A DNA stretch of 64,000 bases. It comes from an uncultured Clostridiaceae bacterium. Lineage in GTDB: Bacteria; Bacillota; Clostridia; TANB77; CAG-508. The translations under genes were made by a program, and so were the position numbers. Of the stretch, positions 22,743 to 34,082 are shown one piece after another. Position 1 is the first letter of the stretch, and the number at the start of each line of letters is the position of its first letter. Location of the stretch: positions 232 to 64,231 of the forward strand of contig CAOJCG010000012.1 of NCBI GenBank assembly GCA_948356915.1. The letters are read 5' to 3'. The notes under the pieces were generated by a model. The model did not search any database, was not told where the DNA came from, and saw only the letters and a program-made list of their open reading frames with translations.

Positions 22743-23444
22743 ATGTCATATATAGAATTTAGAAATGTTAATAAAGAATATAAAATGGGAGAAGTAACAA
22801 TAAAGGCCTTAGACGATACAAGCTTTAGTATAGAAAAAGGAGAGCTAGTAGTTATAGTAGGTCCAAGTGGAGCAGGAAAAACCACAACACTAAACATATT
22901 AGGTGGAATGGACAGTGTAACATTAGGTGAAGTAATAGTAGATGGAAAACAAGTAAATAAATTAAACAACAAAGAGTTAATAAAATACAGAAGAGAAGAC
23001 ATAGGCTTCATATTCCAATTCTACAACTTAGTACAAAACCTAACAGCTCTAGAAAATGTAGAACTAGCAACTCAAATATGTAAAGACTCATTAGACCCAG
23101 AAACAATAATAGAAAAAGTAGGTTTAAAAGAAAGAAAAGGAAACTTCCCATCACAACTATCAGGAGGAGAGCAACAAAGAGTGGCAATAGCAAGAGCAAT
23201 AGCAAAAAATCCAAAGCTACTATTATGTGATGAACCAACAGGAGCACTAGACTACAAAACAGGAAAACAAATACTAAAACTTTTGCAAGATACATCAAGA
23301 AAAGAAAAAATGACAGTAATAATAATAACACACAACACAGCACTAGCGCCAATGGCCGACAAAGTAATACACTTCAAAAATGGAAAAGCAGAAAAAATAG
23401 AAACAAATGAAAAACCAACATCAATAGAAGAAATAGAATGGTAG
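22743..23444 (+). CDS. ABC transporter ATP-binding protein (MacB/FtsE-like)
   Basis: Walker [10 protein letters not shown], signature LSGGEQQR and Walker B LLLCDEPT. Confidence 0.9.
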   Translation: MSYIEFRNVNKEYKMGEVTIKALDDTSFSIEKGELVVIVGPSGAGKTTTLNILGGMDSVTLGEVIVDGKQVNKLNNKELIKYRREDIGFIFQFYNLVQNLTALENVELATQICKDSLDPETIIEKVGLKERKGNFPSQLSGGEQQRVAIARAIAKNPKLLLCDEPTGALDYKTGKQILKLLQDTSRKEKMTVIIITHNTALAPMADKVIHFKNGKAEKIETNEKPTSIEEIEW

Positions 23445-24486
23445 CGTGTTAGGGACGCACGTTAGGGACGGTCCTTTTCGTTCCAAAATCGGAACGCTAG
23501 GGACACTCCTTAAACTAAATAATGGGGAATTATGGTTTATTGAGATTGGATTAAAAGATATAATAGGGGAAATTATATTTTAAACTAAAAACAAAAATTA
23601 AATAGGGGCTTAAAATAATAAAAGAAAGAAGGTAATATTATGCCCCGAATGGCAAGAAAAAGTTTAGAAAAAGGTTTTATGCATATAATGGCTCAAGGAA
23701 TAAAAAAAGAAAAAATATTCTACAAAGATGACTATAAAGAAAAATATATTAAATTAATAAAGTTTTTTAAAGAAAAGCAAAAAGTAGAAATTATTAATTA
23801 TTGTGTAATGAATAATCATGTTCACATTATTATATACACTGAAGATATAGATGAATTAACAATATTTATGAGAAAGTTAAATACAACATATGCTTTACAT
23901 TATAATAAATCAGAAAATAGAGTAGGCTATGTATTTAGAAATAGATTTGAAAGTAAAGAAATATATAATCAAGATTACCTAACAAAATGTATAAAATATG
24001 TACATATGAATCCAGTAAAAGCAGGAATTACGAAAACAGAAGGAGAATATAAATATTCAAGTTATAATGACTATATAAACAAAAAAGGAATTATAACAGA
24101 TGAATTATTACAAAAAATATTTAATTCAAAATATAATTATTTAAAGGAATTCTTAAAGATAGAATATGACGAAGAATTATTCGAAGAACTAGAAAAAGAA
24201 GAACTTACAAATGAAAAGCTAAAAGAACAAATAGAACAATTTATAAAAAAAGAACAAGTAACCTTAGGAGAATTAAAAAACGATAAAAGATTAATAAAAA
24301 AACTATATAATACAATGAAGTTAAAACCAACAAAAGCGAAATTAGGAGAATGTATAGGACTAAGTAGAACAAGAATAAGTAAGATATTAAATGATTATAA
24401 AGAAAATAAAAAATAAGGAGTAAGCAAAGGAGTGTCCCCAGCGTTCCGAATTCGGAACGAAAAGGACCGTCCCTAGCGTGCGGAAG
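23444..24486 (+). mobile_element. REPtron: REP, RAYT gene, inverted REP
   Basis: REP at 23444-23512 (+) and its reverse complement at 24428-24486 flank a Y1/HUH transposase. The unit sits between the ATPase and permease genes of one ABC transporter. Confidence 0.8.
23640..24416 (+). CDS. REP-associated tyrosine transposase (RAYT, IS200/IS605-like Y1 HUH)
   Basis: HUH motif NNHVHIIIY and catalytic Tyr region YVFRNRF...KYVHMNPVKAGI. 258 aa, intact. Confidence 0.8.
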   Translation: MPRMARKSLEKGFMHIMAQGIKKEKIFYKDDYKEKYIKLIKFFKEKQKVEIINYCVMNNHVHIIIYTEDIDELTIFMRKLNTTYALHYNKSENRVGYVFRNRFESKEIYNQDYLTKCIKYVHMNPVKAGITKTEGEYKYSSYNDYINKKGIITDELLQKIFNSKYNYLKEFLKIEYDEELFEELEKEELTNEKLKEQIEQFIKKEQVTLGELKNDKRLIKKLYNTMKLKPTKAKLGECIGLSRTRISKILNDYKENKK

Positions 24487-24492
24487 ACGAAA

Positions 24493-27400
24493 ATGAAAAA
24501 AGCGTTATTGAAAGATAGTTTAAAAGAAATTAGAAATACATATAAAAGGTTTACTTCCATTTTATTAATGGCTTTTTTAGGTGTGGGCTTTTTTGCGGGA
24601 ATGAGGGCTGCAAGCCCTGATATGATATCTACTATTGATAATTATTTTGACAGTCAAAATGTATATGATATACAAATTCTTTCTACTTTGGGTTTAACAA
24701 ATGATGATACCCAGGCTTTAGAACAGGTTGAAGGCGTAAAAAAAGCTTATGGAGAATATAGTGAGGATGTTCTAATTAATTATGAAGATACTGAAATTGT
24801 AACTAAAGTATTATCAATAGATGATATAAATAGGGTAGCACTAATAGAAGGAAGAATGCCTCAAAGTAAAAATGAGTGCTTAGTTGAAAAAGCATTTTGT
24901 AATAGAACAGGAAAGAAAATAGGAGATAGCCTTACTATTGAAGAAACAAATGACAGTATAATAAAAGAAAAAGAGGTTACTATTGTAGGAACAATGAATA
25001 GTCCACTATATGTTTCAAGACAAAGAGATACTTCAAAGTTAGGTTCTGGAATGGTAAGCCATAATATGTATTTACCAAAGGAAAGCTTTGATTCGGAAGT
25101 ATATACTGGTATATATGTTGAACTAGTAAATTCTAAGCAAATGGTAGCTAATTCACAAGAATATAACGATTATGTACAAGAAGTGACTACAAAAATAGAA
25201 GAAATAAAAGCACAAAGAGAAAATGCAAGATATGATGAAGTGAAAGCCACCGCACAAGAAAGGCTAGAAGAAGGAGAGACAAAATTACAAGAAGAAAAGG
25301 TTTCAGCTAATAATAAACTAAAAGAAGCAGAAAATGAAATTATAGAAGGAGAAAGAAAATTAAATACTGCTGAAATTACTTTAAATAATAAAAGTAAGGA
25401 AGCGGAGGAAAAATTTAAGTTAGCAGAAGAAAATATAAAAACAGCTAAGGTTAAAATAAAAGAAGAAGAGGAAAATTTTAAAGTTCAGGAGCAAAATGCT
25501 TTTGCACAAATAGAACTTTTAAATAAACAAAAACAAGAAATAGAAGTTAATTTACAAAGTATAAATACTAATATAGAAGAATTACAAAAAAACTTAAATA
25601 AAATAAATGAAAGTCTTAACAATAATAATTTAACACAAGAAGAAATAGCTAGCCTTCAAGCTCAAAAGGAAAATATAGTAAATACATTAACAAATGTAAA
25701 GGCACAAAAAATACAGTTGGAAGCTGGGCTAGTAAGTATAAATAATGGTTTAGAAGAAATACAAAACGGAATAAAAGAAGGAAAAGAAAAATTAAATTAC
25801 GCTAAAACTACATTAGAAAATAATGAAAAGGAACTAAACAAAACAAAACAGTTAACAACAAAACAATTAGAAAGTGCAAGACAAGAAATAAATACTTCAA
25901 AAAAGCAGTTACAAGAAGGAAGAAAAACTCTTGAAACAAATAAGGCAGAATATGAAGAAAAAATAAAAGAAGCAGAGAAAGAACTATCAGATGCAAAGCA
26001 AAAAATACAAGAAATAGAACATCCAACTTGGTATATATTAGGACGAGATTCAAACCCAGGTTATAGTGGATTTATGCAAGACACAAAAAGTATAGAAAAT
26101 TTAGGAAAAGTATTTCCAATAGTATTTTTTGTTATAGCAACACTTATTTCACTAACTTCTATGACTAGAATGGTAGAAGAGCAAAGAGTGCAAATAGGTA
26201 CAATGAAGGCATTAGGATATAACAAAGCACAAATTGCAAGCAAGTATTTATTATATTCAGGGCTAGCTTGCCTAATTGGTGGAAGTATAGGAATGATAAT
26301 AGGTTTTGAAACACTTCCAAGAATTATATGGATGATGTATAGCATGATGTATGTAATACCAAATTTTGTTGCAAGTTTTAATGTATATTTTGCTATATTA
26401 GGTCTAGGGTTAGCAAGTGTATGTATAATAGGTGCAAGTTTATACACTGTTTTAAAAATAGTAGGAGATACACCAGCCCAACTAATGAGGCCAAAAGCTC
26501 CAAAAGCAGGAAAGAAAATATTATTAGAAAGAATTCCTTTTATATGGAAACATTTAAGTTTTAGCAGAAAAGTAACAGTTCGTAATATTTTCAGATATAA
26601 AAAAAGAGTAATTATGACAATAGTTGGAATTGCAGGAAGTACAGCACTTATACTAACAGGTTTTGGAGTAAAAGACGCAATTTCAGATATTTTAATAAAA
26701 CAATATGAAAATGTGTATAACTACGATATGCAAATTAGTTTGAAAAGTGATTTAGAAGAAACAGGAATAGAGAATTTTGTTAAAACATTAGAAGAAAAAG
26801 AAGAGATTAATAAAATAGCAGAAGCCAATATGACATCTGGAACATTAGTAAATGGAGAAAATGAAGAAGATGTACAAATTATTATAGCAAAAGATGAAAA
26901 AATAAATGAATTAATACATTTATCAGATAGGAAAACAAAAAAGGAACTTAAGTTACAAGAAGGAAAAATAGCTATAACAGATAAAGTGGCAGAATTATTA
27001 GAAGTTAAAAAAGGTGATAGCATAATATTAAAAGATGCAGAAGGAAAAGAAAATAGTGTAATAATTTCAGATATTGTAGAAAATTATATTTATCACTATG
27101 TATATATGCCAAAAAATTTATATGAAGAACTATATGGAGAATATAATACAAATGTATTATTTGCACAAAATAATGTAGAAGATGAGCAAGAGGAAGAACT
27201 TGCAAGTAAGTTTTTAAAAGAACCAAATGTAAATGCAGTATCATTAAGTTCTAACATGGAAAATGTAATGGATGATATGATGAGAAACTTAAATTATGTT
27301 GTAATTATACTAATAGTATCAGCAGGTATGCTAGCATTTGTAGTACTATATAATTTAGCAAATATAAATATTAGTGAAAGAATAAGGGAACTTGCTAGTT

Positions 27401-27690
27401 TAAAAGTACTAGGTTTTTACGATAAAGAAGTTTATGACTATGTAACAAGAGAAACAGCAATATTAACTGCAATAGGAATAATATTTGGACTAATAGGAGG
27501 ATATTTCTTAAGCATATTTATAGTAAAAACATGTGAAATAAATGTTTTAAGGTTTGGTCAAGAAATAAAGCTGCCAAGTTATATATATTCAGTAGCAATA
27601 ACGGTAATATTTACAGTAATAGTAAATATAGTAACATATTTTGCTTTGAAGAAAATTGATATGATTGAGAGTTTGAAAAGTATAGAATAG
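24493..27690 (+). CDS. ABC transporter permease, FtsX/MacB family, with a large coiled-coil extracytoplasmic domain
   Basis: N-terminal TM, about 450 aa of coiled coil, then two FtsX-like 4-TM blocks. ATG at 24493; the track start at 24478 lies inside the REP. Confidence 0.75.
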   Translation: MKKALLKDSLKEIRNTYKRFTSILLMAFLGVGFFAGMRAASPDMISTIDNYFDSQNVYDIQILSTLGLTNDDTQALEQVEGVKKAYGEYSEDVLINYEDTEIVTKVLSIDDINRVALIEGRMPQSKNECLVEKAFCNRTGKKIGDSLTIEETNDSIIKEKEVTIVGTMNSPLYVSRQRDTSKLGSGMVSHNMYLPKESFDSEVYTGIYVELVNSKQMVANSQEYNDYVQEVTTKIEEIKAQRENARYDEVKATAQERLEEGETKLQEEKVSANNKLKEAENEIIEGERKLNTAEITLNNKSKEAEEKFKLAEENIKTAKVKIKEEEENFKVQEQNAFAQIELLNKQKQEIEVNLQSINTNIEELQKNLNKINESLNNNNLTQEEIASLQAQKENIVNTLTNVKAQKIQLEAGLVSINNGLEEIQNGIKEGKEKLNYAKTTLENNEKELNKTKQLTTKQLESARQEINTSKKQLQEGRKTLETNKAEYEEKIKEAEKELSDAKQKIQEIEHPTWYILGRDSNPGYSGFMQDTKSIENLGKVFPIVFFVIATLISLTSMTRMVEEQRVQIGTMKALGYNKAQIASKYLLYSGLACLIGGSIGMIIGFETLPRIIWMMYSMMYVIPNFVASFNVYFAILGLGLASVCIIGASLYTVLKIVGDTPAQLMRPKAPKAGKKILLERIPFIWKHLSFSRKVTVRNIFRYKKRVIMTIVGIAGSTALILTGFGVKDAISDILIKQYENVYNYDMQISLKSDLEETGIENFVKTLEEKEEINKIAEANMTSGTLVNGENEEDVQIIIAKDEKINELIHLSDRKTKKELKLQEGKIAITDKVAELLEVKKGDSIILKDAEGKENSVIISDIVENYIYHYVYMPKNLYEELYGEYNTNVLFAQNNVEDEQEEELASKFLKEPNVNAVSLSSNMENVMDDMMRNLNYVVIILIVSAGMLAFVVLYNLANINISERIRELASLKVLGFYDKEVYDYVTRETAILTAIGIIFGLIGGYFLSIFIVKTCEINVLRFGQEIKLPSYIYSVAITVIFTVIVNIVTYFALKKIDMIESLKSIE

Positions 27691-27697
27691 AATGGTA

Positions 27698-27741
27698 AAA
27701 AGCAAGCAAAGATAGAAGCACTATCCTTGCTTGTTTTTTAG
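27698..27741 (+). terminator. Rho-independent terminator
   Basis: aagcaagcaaagatag / ctatccttgcttg plus a T-run. Confidence 0.55.
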
Positions 27742-27823
27742 AAGAAAAGGAAAAAATTGATTTGTAGGGATACCATTTGTATGTATACACGTTGTGCTCG
27801 TTTATTATTTTAGATGTAGGGGC

Positions 27824-27860
27824 GATTAGCAATCGCCCGCTCTTCGAAGAAATAGCTTAA
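27824..27860. repeat. REP-like element GTAGGGGCGATTAGCAATCGCCCGCTCTTCGAAGAAAT
   Basis: GTAG 5' motif, 8-bp stem gggcgatt/aatcgccc and CTTCGAAG core. Confidence 0.7.
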
Positions 27861-27897
27861 AGAATAGCATTAAACGTGTAAAATTACCCGCTCCCAC

Positions 27898-28047
27898 GGT
27901 GTTTGATTTGTTTTTTTAAAATTGGTTTCCTAGCCTCCCTACTCAAGAGTAAGTACAAATAATGAGCTCCATTTCATTCCACTCATTATTTTACTTACTC
28001 TAAGCGGTCCCCACCGCCTTAACGGAAAATGCAATTTTAAAAAAATA
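27898..28047. ncRNA. Rod-like 150-nt element; candidate 6S RNA (ssrS) or MITE
   Basis: 27-bp near-perfect closing stem ggtgtttgatttgtttttttaaaattg / caattttaaaaaaataaatcaaacacc, an asymmetric internal bubble (16 vs 23 nt) and a terminal ~20-bp hairpin. Confidence 0.3.
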
Positions 28048-28282
28048 AATCAAACACCCCTCGTGCTACTCTATATTTTATAGGTACTACTATTCTACCA
28101 TGAGATTTATATTTGATAGCAAAGGTTACATAAAATTACGAGGATTTATTGCTATTTCATCGAAGATATGATATAATGCTTACATAATTAAATATTTAAA
28201 ACTCTTATTTTTGCATTATGGGAGTTACGAAGGTAACTAAAAACAGCAAAGAAAATTAATATTTAAAGGAGGAACTTATATT

Positions 28283-28936
28283 ATGGATGGAATTATTGTA
28301 GGAATAACGCTTATTTTATGTATAGCACAGTTTATTGTATGTGTATTTGTAGAACCTAAAATACCTATAAAATTAAAAGAAACTGATACCTTACAACGGA
28401 TAAGAAAGAGAAAGAACAATTATTTAAGAATAATACTTGTTGTAGGTATATTTACAATTATTCTCGCATATTATGGAGTAAAAAATCAAATTCTTATTTT
28501 TGGTATGATATTTGGATTCTTTCTTATATTTTTACTTACAGGGGCAAATACAATATTTGATAGAATAGAAAAGAAAGAAAAGCTATTTCTTGCAGAGCAC
28601 ACAATATCTATTCTAAATGATTCATCAATTAAAAATATCGTTTTGAAAGATGAAGAGTTACGGGAAAGTATTATAAAAGACAGTATTGAGAAGATAAATC
28701 TTACAATGTACTTTAAGGAAGGAGAAGAATATTTACTCAAAGTAAGAGAAGGAAAATTAATGCCTTATATAGGAAATACATTTAGAGAAGAGATTTTGCA
28801 AAAAAATATAGAAAGTATAGAAGTAGAAGAACTTAAAGAAAACGAAATAAAATTGAAAGTCAGAACAAAAACAGGAAATACTTTTCAAAAAGATATTGAA
28901 AAATGGGAATTATCTCAATGTATTGCAATTAAGTAA
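28283..28936 (+). CDS. Hypothetical membrane protein
   Basis: Three N-terminal TM segments, RBS aaaggagg, promoter TTGCTA-17-TATAAT upstream and a terminator hairpin downstream. Confidence 0.45.
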   Translation: MDGIIVGITLILCIAQFIVCVFVEPKIPIKLKETDTLQRIRKRKNNYLRIILVVGIFTIILAYYGVKNQILIFGMIFGFFLIFLLTGANTIFDRIEKKEKLFLAEHTISILNDSSIKNIVLKDEELRESIIKDSIEKINLTMYFKEGEEYLLKVREGKLMPYIGNTFREEILQKNIESIEVEELKENEIKLKVRTKTGNTFQKDIEKWELSQCIAIK

Positions 28937-29057
28937 CCAAATAGAAACCTTACTTTAAATTATAAGTAAGGTTTCATTTTGCTTTTTTAAATACTTATGA
29001 TATAATTAAAAAAATACGAGAAAACTATATTATAAATAAAAAATATGGAGGGAAAAA

Positions 29058-29732
29058 ATGCAAGAATTTGATTGGAAAAATAATGTAGATAATAGAGAGC
29101 AAAAGCAAAAACTAGCAAAAAGGATAGCAAAAAGAGTGAAAGATGGAGATACAATAGGTTTTGGCTCAGGAAGCACTTCATACTTAGCAGTAGAAGAAAT
29201 TGCAAAAAGAGTGCAGGAAGAAAACTTAAAAATAAAAGCAATTCCAACATCAACTATAATAGAAGAAATATGTAAAAAATTAAAAATAGAAACAATAACT
29301 TTAAGTGAAGCAAAGCCAGACTGGTGCTTTGATGGAGCAGATGAAGTAGACCCACATAACTGGCTAATTAAAGGAATGGGAGCTGCTTTATACAGAGAAA
29401 AAATGAATATAAAAGCATCAGAAGAAAATTATATATTAGTAGATAGTTCAAAATTTGTAGAAAAACTAGGGCAAAACCATCCAGTACCAGTTGAATGTAA
29501 AATAGATAAAATAGATATAGTAAAAGAAGGGCTAAAAAAGTTAGGTGCAACAAATGTAATAATAAAAGAATCAAATATAGGAGAAGGAATGCTAATAACA
29601 GACAATGGAAACGCATTGCTATTTGCAGAATTTCCAAAAATAGAAGCAAATTATGAAGAGAAAATAAATAAAATTGATGGAGTAGTAGAAAACGGACTAT
29701 TTATAGGGTATGACTTAATTGTGATAAAATAG
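29058..29732 (+). CDS. rpiA: Ribose-5-phosphate isomerase A
   Basis: GFGSGST, DGADEVD and KGMGAAL motifs. Confidence 0.85.
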   Translation: MQEFDWKNNVDNREQKQKLAKRIAKRVKDGDTIGFGSGSTSYLAVEEIAKRVQEENLKIKAIPTSTIIEEICKKLKIETITLSEAKPDWCFDGADEVDPHNWLIKGMGAALYREKMNIKASEENYILVDSSKFVEKLGQNHPVPVECKIDKIDIVKEGLKKLGATNVIIKESNIGEGMLITDNGNALLFAEFPKIEANYEEKINKIDGVVENGLFIGYDLIVIK

Positions 29733-29754
29733 TATAAAGAAAGAAGGAAATTTA

Positions 29755-30228
29755 ATGGATATAACACTAGATGTAGAAGGATATAAATTAAATGTAAGGG
29801 CAGCAGTAATAATATTACACAATAATAAGATATTAGTTCATAGAAATGTAAAAAGTGACCATTATGCATTAATTGGAGGAAGAGTAGAAATGGGAGAAAA
29901 CTCAGCTAAAACAGTAAAAAGAGAAATTCAAGAAGAACTAGGAAAACAAATAGAACTAACGGGATATTATTCAACAATTGAAAACTTTTTTGAATTAAAT
30001 GGCTCTAAATATCATGAGATAATGTTTGTGCATAAAGCAGAGTTTGTAAATGATGAGGATAAGAAAATAGAATACACATTGCATAATATAGAAGGAAAAG
30101 AAGACTTACAATATGAGTGGATAAAACTAGATGAGCTAGAAAATTATAATATAGTACCAAGATGTATAATAGAAGCATTAAGAAATAAGCAGTTTCCAGT
30201 TCATAAAATAAATGATGAATTGTGCTAA
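29755..30228 (+). CDS. NUDIX hydrolase
   Basis: Nudix box GGRVEMGENSAKTVKREIQEELG. Confidence 0.75.
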   Translation: MDITLDVEGYKLNVRAAVIILHNNKILVHRNVKSDHYALIGGRVEMGENSAKTVKREIQEELGKQIELTGYYSTIENFFELNGSKYHEIMFVHKAEFVNDEDKKIEYTLHNIEGKEDLQYEWIKLDELENYNIVPRCIIEALRNKQFPVHKINDELC

Positions 30229-30272
30229 TTAAATATATTATATAAAAAATGAAAATAGAGAGGAACAAAAAA

Positions 30273-31601
30273 ATGAATAATTATATAACAATAATAGGCG
30301 GAGGTTTAGCAGGAACAGAAGCAACATATCAAATAGCAAAAGCAGGAATAAAAGTAAAACTATATGAAATGAAACCAGTGAAATTTTCACCAGCACATTC
30401 GAATAAAAATTTAGCAGAAATAGTATGTAGCAATTCATTTAAATCCAATTTGCACACAAATGCATGTGGCTTACTAAAAGAAGAACTACGTATACTAGAT
30501 AGCTTGCTTATAAAAATAGCAGAAGAAACAAGTGTACCAGCAGGACAAGCTCTAGCTGTAGATAGAGAAAAATTTTCAGAAAAAGTAACAGAAGAATTAA
30601 AAAGTAATAAAAATATAGAAATAATAAATGAAGAAGTAAGTAATATAGAAGAACTTGCAAAAAATGGAATTGTAATAATAGCAACAGGGCCACTTACATC
30701 AGACAGTCTTTCAGAAAGTATAAAAAAGATAACAGGAGAAGATAAACTGGCATTTTATGATGCAGCAGCTCCAATAGTAGAAAAAGATAGCATAAATATG
30801 AATATAGCTTTTTATGGTGATAGATATGAACAAGAAAAAAGAAAAGATGAAGAAATAGAGGAATGGAAAGAGCGTATAAGTAAAGAAAAAGCAAGCTATA
30901 TAAACTTACCAATGAATAAAGAAGAATATGAGAACTTTGTAAATGAATTAATAAATGCAGAAGTAGTAGAATTACATGAATTTGAAAAAAGAGAGATATT
31001 TGAAGGATGTATGCCAGTAGAAGTAATGGCAAAAAGAGGAATAGATACGCTTCGCTTTGGACCATTAAAACCAGTTGGATTTGATGACCCAAGAACAGGA
31101 AAAAGGCCATATGCAGTAGTACAATTAAGGCAAGATAACAGTGAAGGAACAATATATAACATAGTAGGATTCCAAACAAACCTAAAATTTGGAGAACAAA
31201 AGAGAGTATTTAGTTTAATACCAGGGCTAGAAAATGCAGAATTTGTAAAATATGGAGTAATGCACAGAAATACATTTATAAATTCACCAGAACTTTTAGA
31301 TGAAACATACAATTTTAAGAAAAACGAAAACATATATTTTGCAGGTCAAATAACAGGAGTAGAAGGATATGTAGAATCAATATCTTCTGGAATGGTTGCC
31401 GCCCTAAATGCAATAGAGAAATTTAAGCAAACAAAAAACAAAAAAATCTTCTCAAACCAAACAATGATAGGTGCTTTAGCCAATTACATATCAAGTAGTA
31501 ATGAAAAATTTGAGCCAATGAATGCAAACTTTCGGAATATTACCTGTATTGCCAGAAAAAATAAAAGACAAAAAAATAAAATACGCAAAGCTTGCGGATA
31601 G
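30273..31601 (+). CDS. trmFO: Methylenetetrahydrofolate--tRNA-(uracil-5-)-methyltransferase TrmFO
   Basis: FAD-binding motif [11 protein letters not shown]...LYEMKP. ATG at 30273 follows RBS agaggaa. About 442 aa. Confidence 0.9.
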   Translation: MNNYITIIGGGLAGTEATYQIAKAGIKVKLYEMKPVKFSPAHSNKNLAEIVCSNSFKSNLHTNACGLLKEELRILDSLLIKIAEETSVPAGQALAVDREKFSEKVTEELKSNKNIEIINEEVSNIEELAKNGIVIIATGPLTSDSLSESIKKITGEDKLAFYDAAAPIVEKDSINMNIAFYGDRYEQEKRKDEEIEEWKERISKEKASYINLPMNKEEYENFVNELINAEVVELHEFEKREIFEGCMPVEVMAKRGIDTLRFGPLKPVGFDDPRTGKRPYAVVQLRQDNSEGTIYNIVGFQTNLKFGEQKRVFSLIPGLENAEFVKYGVMHRNTFINSPELLDETYNFKKNENIYFAGQITGVEGYVESISSGMVAALNAIEKFKQTKNKKIFSNQTMIGALANYISSSNEKFEPMNANFRNITCIARKNKRQKNKIRKACG

Positions 31602-31771
31602 AGCAATAGCAGAAATAAAGAACAGATAAAGGTACATATTATGTATCTTTTATTTGTAAAAAAATAAGTATGAAATATTAAATTTTGATTACATACAACC
31701 AAATATACATAATATTGTTGCAAATTATGTCAGTTTATGGTAAAATAAAAAGTAGCTAAAGAAAAAATAAA

Positions 31772-32650
31772 ATGGAGGGTAATATTATGGAAGATAATAA
31801 AAAAAGAAAGTTAAATTTGAAAATAAAAACATTTTCAGATTTAAAAAGATTTAAAAGCCAAAAAGTACACGAGATAGTTGGGAAGATGAGAGAAAGCAAT
31901 AGTAAAATATCTGATGAAGAGTTAAAAACTTTTTCAGGATTAGTAAAATATGCAACAAGGAGAAGTTTGATTAGAAAATCAGATAATAATAGAATTAAAC
32001 AAAATGAAAAGGTAAAAACAAAATATAACGAAGAGAAAAGTATTTTGAAAGAATTATTAGAAAATAAACAAATTACTAAAGAACAATACAACAAACAAAT
32101 GGAAAAATTAATTTATAAAACGAGAAAGAAGATTTATGAAAAAGACTTAAGCAGTGATGTAACTGAAAAACCAAAAAATCCAACAATACAAAGGGCAATT
32201 AAAAATATAGGAAAAGTAGTAAAAACAGTAGGTAAAGGTTTAGCAGTTGCAGTAGCATCACCATTTGTATTAGGTTATAAAATAGCAACAGGAATAGGGA
32301 AAGTAGCAAAGGCAATAGGTAGAGGAACACAAACAGCATATTTAACAGCAGGAAAAGTAGCAGATAATGTAAAAGATCAAGTACAAAATGCAAATGGAGA
32401 AGTAAATAGAGAAATGTACGAAAAAGCTAATGAAAAACAAAAACAAGAAATGATGGAAAGAGCTTATAAGCAAGCAGATAAAGAAAATGCAAAAAGAGAT
32501 AGAGAAGCAGCAAGAAGAGAAAACTTACATATGAATGCAGAGCAACAACCAATAGATCATGAAGAAGCAAAGAAACATACATTTGAAAGAGTAGACGCAG
32601 AACAATTATCACCAGAAGAAATAAAACAAGTTTATGGAGAAGAAAAATAA
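31772..32650 (+). CDS. Hypothetical K/E-rich protein
   Basis: 292-aa ORF with no recognisable domain. Confidence 0.4.
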   Translation: MEGNIMEDNKKRKLNLKIKTFSDLKRFKSQKVHEIVGKMRESNSKISDEELKTFSGLVKYATRRSLIRKSDNNRIKQNEKVKTKYNEEKSILKELLENKQITKEQYNKQMEKLIYKTRKKIYEKDLSSDVTEKPKNPTIQRAIKNIGKVVKTVGKGLAVAVASPFVLGYKIATGIGKVAKAIGRGTQTAYLTAGKVADNVKDQVQNANGEVNREMYEKANEKQKQEMMERAYKQADKENAKRDREAARRENLHMNAEQQPIDHEEAKKHTFERVDAEQLSPEEIKQVYGEEK

Positions 32651-32864
32651 CAAAAAAATATTGACATATAAACATAAAAATGATAAAATAGAACCGTTAT
32701 AGTAGAATGCCAACAAATGGTATTTCCGTAACGGTTTTCTATATTGTAACAATATAAATAATACAAAGAAATGAAAAAGCAAAATAGTGTTACAATAAAT
32801 TATGAAATCAACTAAATATTGTAAAAAAATTACAATAAACAAAAATCAAGGAGGTGAAATTTAA

Positions 32865-33278
32865 GTGCCAACAATTAACCAATTAGTAAGAAAAGGAAGA
32901 CATACACAAAAAACTAAATCAACATCACCAGCTCTACAACATGGTTACAATACAATGAAAAAAAGAGTAACAAATAAAAGAGCACCACAAAAAAGAGGTG
33001 TATGTACAGTAGTTAAAACAGTAACTCCAAAGAAACCAAACTCAGCTTTAAGAAAAGTAGCCAGAGTTAGACTTTCAAACGGTTATGAAGTAACTTCTTA
33101 TATTCCAGGAATAGGTCACAACCTACAAGAGCATAGTGTTGTTCTAATAAGAGGTGGAAGGGTAAAAGACCTACCAGGTGTTCGTTACCACATAATAAGA
33201 GGAACATTAGATACAGCAGGTGTTAAAGACAGAATGCAAGCTAGATCTAAGTATGGAGCAAAAAGACCTAAAAAATAG
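32865..33278 (+). CDS. rpsL: 30S ribosomal protein S12
   Basis: [11 protein letters not shown]...[14 protein letters not shown] start after aaggagg. Confidence 0.95.
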   Translation: MPTINQLVRKGRHTQKTKSTSPALQHGYNTMKKRVTNKRAPQKRGVCTVVKTVTPKKPNSALRKVARVRLSNGYEVTSYIPGIGHNLQEHSVVLIRGGRVKDLPGVRYHIIRGTLDTAGVKDRMQARSKYGAKRPKK

Positions 33279-33345
33279 AATTTAGGCAGATATTTTAAAT
33301 TATATTAATCTATGAAGATTAATTTAGTGCATATAAGAAGATACT

Positions 33346-33590
33346 AATTGGAAGTTGGAAGTTGGAGGTTAGAAGTTGGAAAAATTAATTCTAACTCTTA
33401 GCCAAAATCTTGAAAACTTAAATTTAGAATATATATTATACGCACTGTACGGGGAGAAAAGACTTTCCGAGTAACTTTAGATATTTTATATAAATATCAA
33501 CAAATCTAGGATGAAAAATGGAATAAGATGTTGTAGAAAACCGATTTAAAAAGGAATTTACGCTTCCAACCTCTAACTTCCAACATCCAA
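33346..33590. repeat. Composite repeat: (GGAAGTTGG)n arm, ~180-nt spacer, CCAACCTCTAACTTCCAACATCC arm in the rpsL-rpsG spacer
   Basis: Arms are ttggaagttggaagttggaggttagaagttgg and gcttccaacctctaacttccaacatccaa. Confidence 0.7.
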
Positions 33591-33611
33591 ACAGAAAAGG
33601 AGTGAAGAATA

Positions 33612-34082
33612 GTGCCAAGAAGAGGATATGTAGCAAAAAGAGAAGTAATAGCAGATCCAATGTACAATAGCAAACTTGTTACAAAATTAATAAACAATGT
33701 TATGCTAGATGGTAAAAAAACAGTTGCTCAAAAAATAGTATATGATGCATTTGACATCATAAAAGAAAAAGAGCAAAAAGACGCTTTAGAAGTATTCGAA
33801 GCAGCTCTTAACAATGTAATGCCAGTTCTTGAAGTAAAAGCAAGAAGAGTTGGTGGAGCAACATACCAAGTACCATTAGAAATAAGACCAGAAAGAAGAC
33901 AAACTTTAGGTTTAAGATGGCTAGTTACTTATGCTAGAAATAGACATGAAAAAACAATGGCTGAAAAATTAGCCGGAGAAATAATGGATGCAATTGCTGG
34001 AAACGGTGGAGCATTCAAAAAGAAAGAAGACATGCACAGAATGGCAGAAGCAAACAAAGCTTTCGCACATTACAAGTGGTAG
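33612..34082 (+). CDS. rpsG: 30S ribosomal protein S7
   Basis: GTG start and PRRG N-terminus. 156 aa. Confidence 0.95.
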   Translation: MPRRGYVAKREVIADPMYNSKLVTKLINNVMLDGKKTVAQKIVYDAFDIIKEKEQKDALEVFEAALNNVMPVLEVKARRVGGATYQVPLEIRPERRQTLGLRWLVTYARNRHEKTMAEKLAGEIMDAIAGNGGAFKKKEDMHRMAEANKAFAHYKW

